From: an uncultured Rikenellaceae bacterium
GTDB taxonomy: Bacteria; Bacteroidota; Bacteroidia; Bacteroidales; VadinHA17
Reading direction: 5' to 3'
Length of the DNA stretch: 60,732 nt
Assembly: GCA_964421975.1 (NCBI GenBank)
Contig: CAYQZL010000006.1
Coordinates: 1-60,732 of the forward strand
A model generated the notes under the pieces. It did no database searches and had not been told where the DNA came from. It saw only the letters and a program-made list of their open reading frames with translations. A program made the translations under genes and the position numbers. Positions 55,587 through 60,732 of the stretch are shown here, piece by piece. The first letter of the stretch is position 1. Every line of letters begins with the position of its first letter.

Positions 55587-56201
55587 ATGATAATCCGTTC
55601 AGCGAAGTTTATTAAAAGCAGCGCTTTAGCGGAACAGTGTCCTTCTGCTGATATGCCCGAACTTGCATTTATAGGACGTTCAAATGTAGGTAAATCATCG
55701 CTTATCAATATGCTTACCGGCTTCGGAAAACTGGCAAAAACTTCCGGTGAACCGGGAAAAACAAGGACAATAAACCATTTCCTTATCAATGACAAGTGGT
55801 ATCTCGTTGACCTGCCGGGTTATGGTTATGCAAAAGTCTCAGCCCGGGAGAGAGAACACTGGACCAGGGCTTCACGCGAATATATCCTTAAACGGGAAAG
55901 CCTCGTCTGCCTGTTTGTACTTATAGATCCCAGACATAAACCTCAGAAACCGGATTCCGAATTCATGGAATTTCTCGGTAATAACCATATACCCTTTGCC
56001 AGGATCTTTACAAAAAGTGATAAGATGAGCAGGACACAGCTCAACAGGTCCATAGGGGAACACGATGCCATAATGCTTGAAAAATGGGAGGAACTTCCCT
56101 TGACTTTCGTTTCATCAACAGTCACGAAGGCAGGCAGGATGCAGATTCTGGACTTTATCGAAGAATCTTTGAACAATTTTTTAAAACAGGAAAGTTTTTA
56201 G
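55587..56201 (+). CDS. engB: Ribosome biogenesis GTPase YihA/YsxC
   Basis: GRSNVGKSSLIN, PGKTR, DLPGYGYA, TKSDK. Confidence 0.96.
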   Translation: MIIRSAKFIKSSALAEQCPSADMPELAFIGRSNVGKSSLINMLTGFGKLAKTSGEPGKTRTINHFLINDKWYLVDLPGYGYAKVSAREREHWTRASREYILKRESLVCLFVLIDPRHKPQKPDSEFMEFLGNNHIPFARIFTKSDKMSRTQLNRSIGEHDAIMLEKWEELPLTFVSSTVTKAGRMQILDFIEESLNNFLKQESF

Positions 56202-56253
56202 CAGGAATAATTAATTTTGCATGCGATTATCCAACTAAAAAATCAGCAAAGCA

Positions 56254-57192
56254 ATGTATGGGTACGCACCAATGAAGCTATTCTCCTGCAGGTCATCACG
56301 TCATCTGGCTGAAAGAATAGCCGGAGAGCTTGGTCTGGAATTAGGTAAAAGCTCTGTTACCGAATTCAGTGACGGAGAATTCCAGCCTTGTTTCGATGAA
56401 TCAGTCAGAGGCGATATGGTATTTATTGTACAATCGACAAATCCTCCTGCCGATAATCTTTTTGAACTTCTTCTGATGATTGATGCAGCAAAAAGAGCTT
56501 CTGCATATAAGGTTATTGCGGTTATTCCCTATTATGGTTTTGCCCGTCAGGACAGAAAGGATCGCCCCCGTGTATCTATCGGTTCCAAACTATCGGCAGA
56601 CCTGCTGAGCGCTGCCGGTGTTGACAGGGTCATAACCATGGATCTTCATGCAGACCAGATACAGGGATTCTTTGACGTTCCGGTCGATCACCTCTTCGGT
56701 TCCGCTATCTTTGCACCATATATCCAGAATCTCAGACTGGATAACCTTGCTGTTTCCGCACCGGATATGGGAGGCTCCAAAAGAGCAAATGCATACTCCC
56801 GCCATCTTCAGTCGGAAATGGTCCTTTGCTACAAGCTGAGGAAAAAACCGAATATAATAGAGGAAATGTCGGTAATCGGCGAAGTGGAAGGCAGAAATAT
56901 CGTTATAATCGATGATATGGTTGATACGGCAGGTACAATCTCAATTGCCGCCAATATGATGAAAGAAAGAGGCGCAAAAAGTATCAGAGCTTTCGCAACA
57001 CATCCAATACTGTCGGGAAATGCAGTTGAAAAAATAAATAATTCCGCAATAGAAGAACTTGTGGTTACCGATTCAGTCCCTCTCAGAGTCCGCTCCGAAA
57101 AGATAAAAGTGCTTTCAATAGCTGAAATATTCGCGGGTACAATACGTGCGGTAAATACAAATCAGTCTATAAGCACCAGTTTTGTATTCTGA
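56254..57192 (+). CDS. prs: Ribose-phosphate pyrophosphokinase
   Basis: FSDGE, PYYGFARQDRK, MDLHA.QIQGFF, PDMGG, DDMVDTAGT; TAATTTTG -7 element at 56212-56219. Confidence 0.97.
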   Translation: MYGYAPMKLFSCRSSRHLAERIAGELGLELGKSSVTEFSDGEFQPCFDESVRGDMVFIVQSTNPPADNLFELLLMIDAAKRASAYKVIAVIPYYGFARQDRKDRPRVSIGSKLSADLLSAAGVDRVITMDLHADQIQGFFDVPVDHLFGSAIFAPYIQNLRLDNLAVSAPDMGGSKRANAYSRHLQSEMVLCYKLRKKPNIIEEMSVIGEVEGRNIVIIDDMVDTAGTISIAANMMKERGAKSIRAFATHPILSGNAVEKINNSAIEELVVTDSVPLRVRSEKIKVLSIAEIFAGTIRAVNTNQSISTSFVF

Positions 57193-57211
57193 TTACTTTG
57201 TCATATATTTG
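57181..57211 (+). promoter_or_regulatory. Canonical Bacteroidota sigma-A promoter of rplY
   Basis: TTTG (57181-84), 19-nt spacer, TATATTTG (57204-11). Confidence 0.75.
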
Positions 57212-57238
57212 CAGTCCGATTTTTTAAAAATGTCTAAC

Positions 57239-57279
57239 GTGTGATGGGGAGTTGCCGTGGTGGTAACTTTTAGTAGCAC
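57239..57279 (+). promoter_or_regulatory. Structured 5' leader of rplY with a loop-E-like internal loop (candidate L25 r-leader)
   Basis: GTGT-GATG-GGGAGTTGCC-GTGGT-GGTAACTTTT-AGTA-GCAC: 4-bp stem, 4x4 internal loop, 10-bp stem, 5-nt loop. Confidence 0.6.
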
Positions 57280-57295
57280 AACAACAACAGTATAA

Positions 57296-57979
57296 ATGAA
57301 GACAATTGAAATTAAGGGAACCCTCCGAAATGAAGTTGGAAAGAAACATACCAGGCAGATCAGAAAAGCCGGAAATGTACCCTGCATTATCTACGGAAAA
57401 GATAAGAACATTAACTTCAGTGCACATGAAAACAGTTTTAAAAAACTTGTTTATACACATGAGGCTCATCTGGTAGATCTGAATCTGGATGGTCAGGTTT
57501 TTAAGGCTGTTCTACATGATCTGCAGTTCCATCCTGTTACCGACAAGATATTACATATCGATTTCGTACAGGTATTTGATGAAAAACCGATAACAATGGA
57601 TGTTCCCGTTGTTATTACAGGTGATTCTGCCGGTGTCAAGGCCGGAGGTAAACTGAGTGTGAAAAAAAGACACCTGAAAATAAAAGGACTGGCAACTGAT
57701 CTTCCCGATCATATTGAGGTAGATGTTACTGACCTCAAGATCCATAATTCAGTGAAGGTCGGAGATCTTGCGATCAATAAAATAGAATTCCTCGATCCCA
57801 AAATAGCAACCGTTGTAACAGTTTCAACATCACGCGTTGCACTTAAAACAGAAGAAGAAATGGCTGCTGAAGCAGGTGCTGCCGCAACTGCTGAAGGTGC
57901 TGAAGGTGCTGCTGAAGCTGGCGCTGATGAAAAGGGAAAAGAGAAGGAAAAAGGTAAGGAAAAAGAAAAGAAAGCTTAA
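57296..57979 (+). CDS. rplY: 50S ribosomal protein L25 (Ctc/TL5 long form)
   Basis: R...GK...RQIRK.G.VPCIIYG, DLQFHPVTD.ILHIDF, GVKAGG, LPDHIEVD; Ala/Glu/Lys-rich tail. Confidence 0.96.
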   Translation: MKTIEIKGTLRNEVGKKHTRQIRKAGNVPCIIYGKDKNINFSAHENSFKKLVYTHEAHLVDLNLDGQVFKAVLHDLQFHPVTDKILHIDFVQVFDEKPITMDVPVVITGDSAGVKAGGKLSVKKRHLKIKGLATDLPDHIEVDVTDLKIHNSVKVGDLAINKIEFLDPKIATVVTVSTSRVALKTEEEMAAEAGAAATAEGAEGAAEAGADEKGKEKEKGKEKEKKA

Positions 57980-58004
57980 TTCACTTTATAAATAATCAGG
58001 CACC

Positions 58005-58625
58005 TTGAAATATCTGATAGTCGGCCTGGGAAATATAGGTGATGAATATGCCGGTACAAGGCATAACATAGGATTTATGGTTTTGGATGCCATGGTACAG
58101 GCATCCAATTCTTTTTTCACCGACCGCCGTTACGGTTTTATAAGTCAGATCAGATACAAGGGACGGGAACTGATCCTTCTTAAACCTTCAACATTCATGA
58201 ACCTTAGCGGTAATGCAGTCAGATACTGGCTGAACAGGGAAAAAATAGAACCCGGAAACCTTCTGGTTATCGTCGACGATATAGCACTTCCGCTGGGAAG
58301 CATCAGAATGAGGTCGAAAGGCAGCGATGGAGGTCATAACGGACTTGCACACATCACATCCGTCCTCGGAACAAACGAATATGCACGTATCAGAGTGGGT
58401 ATAGGAAACGGCTTCCGCAAAGGATCACAGGTAAACTATGTCCTTGGTACCTGGAGCCCCGAAGAACTGGAATTCCTGAAAAAGAGACTGGATATTGTCA
58501 TTGAAATGATCAGATCATTCGCTGCCGTGGGTACCGAACTCACTATGACAGCCTTCAACAAAACAGGAAAGATCAGAGGTAAAGATACTGACCAGGATAA
58601 AACGGCAGAACAGATCCGTGACTAA
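58005..58625 (+). CDS. pth: Peptidyl-tRNA hydrolase
   Basis: LIVGLGNIG.EY..TRHNIGF, KP.TFMNLSG, DD, GGHNGL, R.RVGIG; TTG start. Confidence 0.96.
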   Translation: MKYLIVGLGNIGDEYAGTRHNIGFMVLDAMVQASNSFFTDRRYGFISQIRYKGRELILLKPSTFMNLSGNAVRYWLNREKIEPGNLLVIVDDIALPLGSIRMRSKGSDGGHNGLAHITSVLGTNEYARIRVGIGNGFRKGSQVNYVLGTWSPEELEFLKKRLDIVIEMIRSFAAVGTELTMTAFNKTGKIRGKDTDQDKTAEQIRD

Positions 58626-58637
58626 AATTCAATAATC

Positions 58638-59030
58638 ATGACTGATAACAAATCCGTCAGGATAGACAAATTCCTGTGGGCTGTGAGACTGTTCAAAACC
58701 CGGACACTTGCCGCAAATGCATGCAGAATGGGAAGGGTCATGATAAATAACACCACCATCAAACCTTCCAGACAACTTGAAGGCAACGAGATACTAACCC
58801 TCCGAAAACCTCCGGTAACATATACATACAGAATTACGGGACTCACCGAAAACCGTGTGGCTGCAAAACTTGTCGCCGGTTACCTCGAAGATCTTACACC
58901 GGGGGAAGAAAAGATGAAGCTGGAAATAAGCCATTCCGGACCATCCGCTTACAGAAAAAAGGGCAGCGGAAGACCTACAAAAAAGGACAGAAGAGTGATT
59001 GACCGATGGAAAGACATCTTTTTTTTATAA
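58638..59030 (+). CDS. hslR: S4-domain RNA-binding protein (Hsp15-like)
   Basis: RIDKFLWAVRLFKTR.LA..AC..G.V, GRPTKKDRR. Confidence 0.9.
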   Translation: MTDNKSVRIDKFLWAVRLFKTRTLAANACRMGRVMINNTTIKPSRQLEGNEILTLRKPPVTYTYRITGLTENRVAAKLVAGYLEDLTPGEEKMKLEISHSGPSAYRKKGSGRPTKKDRRVIDRWKDIFFL

Positions 59031-59096
59031 ATTGCAGCTTATCACATTTAATTTTCTTTAAAACCATTGTAACTTACATCACTTTTTTCACCGCAG

Positions 59097-60428
59097 ATGG
59101 GCAAGGAAAATATAGAACATCATTCCAAAAGGTATGCTTTACTGAAAGCTGTTGCAGGATTCTGGCATAACAATATCTTTTACAGAAGAGTGATCGTTGT
59201 CGGACGTGAAAACATCAATCCTGACCATCATCTGATATTTGCTCCCAATCATCAGAATGCGCTGATGGATGCTCTTGCCGTACTTTTCACTCATAAAGGC
59301 CAGCCGGTTTTCCTTGCCCGTGCCGATATTTTCAGAAGAAAAACCATAGCCTCTGTACTCTATTTCCTGAAAATGTTACCGGTTTACAGGATCAGGGACG
59401 GATTCAACACACTGAGAGGTAATGATGAGATCTTTGATAAAACAGTGGATGTCCTGAAAAATAAGAACGGGCTCGTAATACTTCCCGAAGGCGATCATGC
59501 AGGATACCGGAGACTGAGACAACTGAAGAAAGGAATTTGCAGAATAGCCTTTATGGCCGACGAGGCTTCAGACTTCCGGATGAAAATCAAGATCATCCCT
59601 GTGGGACTCGAGTTTACAAACTATCAGAGATTCCGTCAGGTACTGACAGTCGTCTATGGCAAACCGGTGGAAGTCGACGAATATCATGAACTATATAAAA
59701 AAAGCCCCGAAATAGCACTTAATGAACTGCGCGACCGTCTGGCCCGGGAAATGAAAATGCTGATGGTCCATATAGATTCTGAAGAGGACTATGAAGCTAT
59801 TGATGAACTGAGGAGCCTTGTCAACGGACAATACAGTGACGATGTAAGCTTTCCGAAACTCTTCAGGGACAGAATGCTTATCGATAAACTCAATAACCTT
59901 AAGATCACCAATCCGGAACTCTATAAAAAAATATGCTCCCTGAGCATTTATGTAAAACAAAAAGCAAAAGACCTGAATGCCGATTACCTTCTCCTCAAAA
60001 AAAACAAACATCCCCTCGGCTGGCTTATACTTGGAGTGATAGGGCTGATCGCAACTTTACCTCTTTTCATTTACGGAACCATCTTTACTCTCTTCTTCCT
60101 GGGAATACCAAATTCCCAGATCCCCAAAATAAGGGACAGACAGTTCCATTCGTCAATCAGGTACGGTATCTCACTGGGGCTTGCCCTTGTGTTCATTCCG
60201 GTGTTCCTGATTGCATTCCTGCTGATATTCTCACCTTTATGGTTTGGCCTGCTTCTGTTCCTGGTACTACCGGTCTCGGGCGTGTTCGCAGTAAACTACT
60301 GGCATTATCTCAGAAGAATAATAGGCGGATTCAGGATAAAAAATTATATCAGGAAAAATAACTCGGAATACATCAGACTTAAAACAGATCATGATGAACT
60401 GATTAATCTCGTCGGAAAACTTGTATGA
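59097..60428 (+). CDS. PlsC-family acyltransferase with C-terminal TM helices
   Basis: NHQNALMD (HxxxxD), FLARADIF, ILPEG; hydrophobic C-terminal helices. Confidence 0.88.
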   Translation: MGKENIEHHSKRYALLKAVAGFWHNNIFYRRVIVVGRENINPDHHLIFAPNHQNALMDALAVLFTHKGQPVFLARADIFRRKTIASVLYFLKMLPVYRIRDGFNTLRGNDEIFDKTVDVLKNKNGLVILPEGDHAGYRRLRQLKKGICRIAFMADEASDFRMKIKIIPVGLEFTNYQRFRQVLTVVYGKPVEVDEYHELYKKSPEIALNELRDRLAREMKMLMVHIDSEEDYEAIDELRSLVNGQYSDDVSFPKLFRDRMLIDKLNNLKITNPELYKKICSLSIYVKQKAKDLNADYLLLKKNKHPLGWLILGVIGLIATLPLFIYGTIFTLFFLGIPNSQIPKIRDRQFHSSIRYGISLGLALVFIPVFLIAFLLIFSPLWFGLLLFLVLPVSGVFAVNYWHYLRRIIGGFRIKNYIRKNNSEYIRLKTDHDELINLVGKLV

Positions 60429-60687
60429 TGGATAACAATAAGATCTTTTCAGGAAAAACAGTCTGGATAACAGGCGCATCATCAGGTATCGGCGAAGCTC
60501 TTGTTCATGCCTTTCTGAAAAAGGGAGCTTCTCTTATCATATCTTCAAACGATGTAAGCGGACTCGAAAGAGTTAAGGCAGACTGCGGTGATAAATCAGC
60601 CGATATCCTCATCGTACCCTTCGACCTGGCAGATACTTCCGGTATTGGACCTCTCGTTGATGATAGCCTGAAGAACAGAGAAAGCAT
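60428..60687 (+). CDS. Short-chain dehydrogenase/reductase, N-terminal fragment truncated at the contig end
   Basis: Not in the ORF track because it has no stop. Translates MDNNKIFSGKTVWITGASSGIGEALV... (TGxxxGIG Rossmann motif) and VPFDL, then runs into adapter. Confidence 0.88.
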
Positions 60688-60732
60688 AGATCGGAAGAGC
60701 ACACGTCTGAACTCCAGTCACCGCTCATTATC
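60688..60732 (+). other. Illumina TruSeq read-through adapter with i7 index (sequencing artefact)
   Basis: AGATCGGAAGAGCACACGTCTGAACTCCAGTCAC (60688-60721) + CGCTCATT + ATC. Confidence 0.99.

Noticed and set aside
57190-57295. prs-rplY intergenic region as a tRNA gene
   Set aside because: No cloverleaf, no T-loop GTTCRA and no CCA end; better explained as promoter plus leader hairpin.
57860-57976. GCTGAAGGT and GAAAAG repeats at the rplY 3' end
   Set aside because: They encode the Ala/Glu/Lys-rich tail common in long-form L25.
1-60732. CRISPR arrays, IS/transposases, integrases, prophage, rRNA/tRNA, invertible promoters
   Set aside because: None seen: no repeat-spacer periodicity, no recombinase or phage genes, and composition appears uniform.

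Overview
About 61 kb of core chromosome from an anaerobic Bacteroidota, probably a Bacteroidales-type metagenome contig. The assignment rests on T9SS genes, the DUF6089-uppS-bamA-ompH-ompH-murI gene order and TAnnTTTG promoters. About 61 CDS were recognised: selD-yedF, amn-holA, a fused 2-oxoacid dehydrogenase E1, the full Na+-NQR operon with apbE, mog-moeA-aor with divergent thiF-thiS, an ECF sigma/T9SS module, mqnB/mqnD, queD-folE-fabD, two tandem receiver/dikinase-like proteins, korAB, the BAM/Skp cluster, nadK, pdxJ, udk, manA, engB, prs, rplY and pth. I found no rRNA, tRNA, CRISPR array, prophage or IS element. The last 45 nt are an unremoved Illumina adapter. The best leads are: (1) two proteins that join receiver domains to the ATP-grasp and phospho-His domains of PEP synthase but lack its pyruvate-binding barrel, possibly a non-canonical His-Asp phosphorelay; (2) an ECF sigma whose probable anti-sigma ends in a T9SS type-B sorting signal and lies upstream of a porP-family gene; (3) a hairpin in the rplY leader that copies 5S rRNA loop E, the L25-binding site. 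All calls come from reading motifs by eye, with no database searches.
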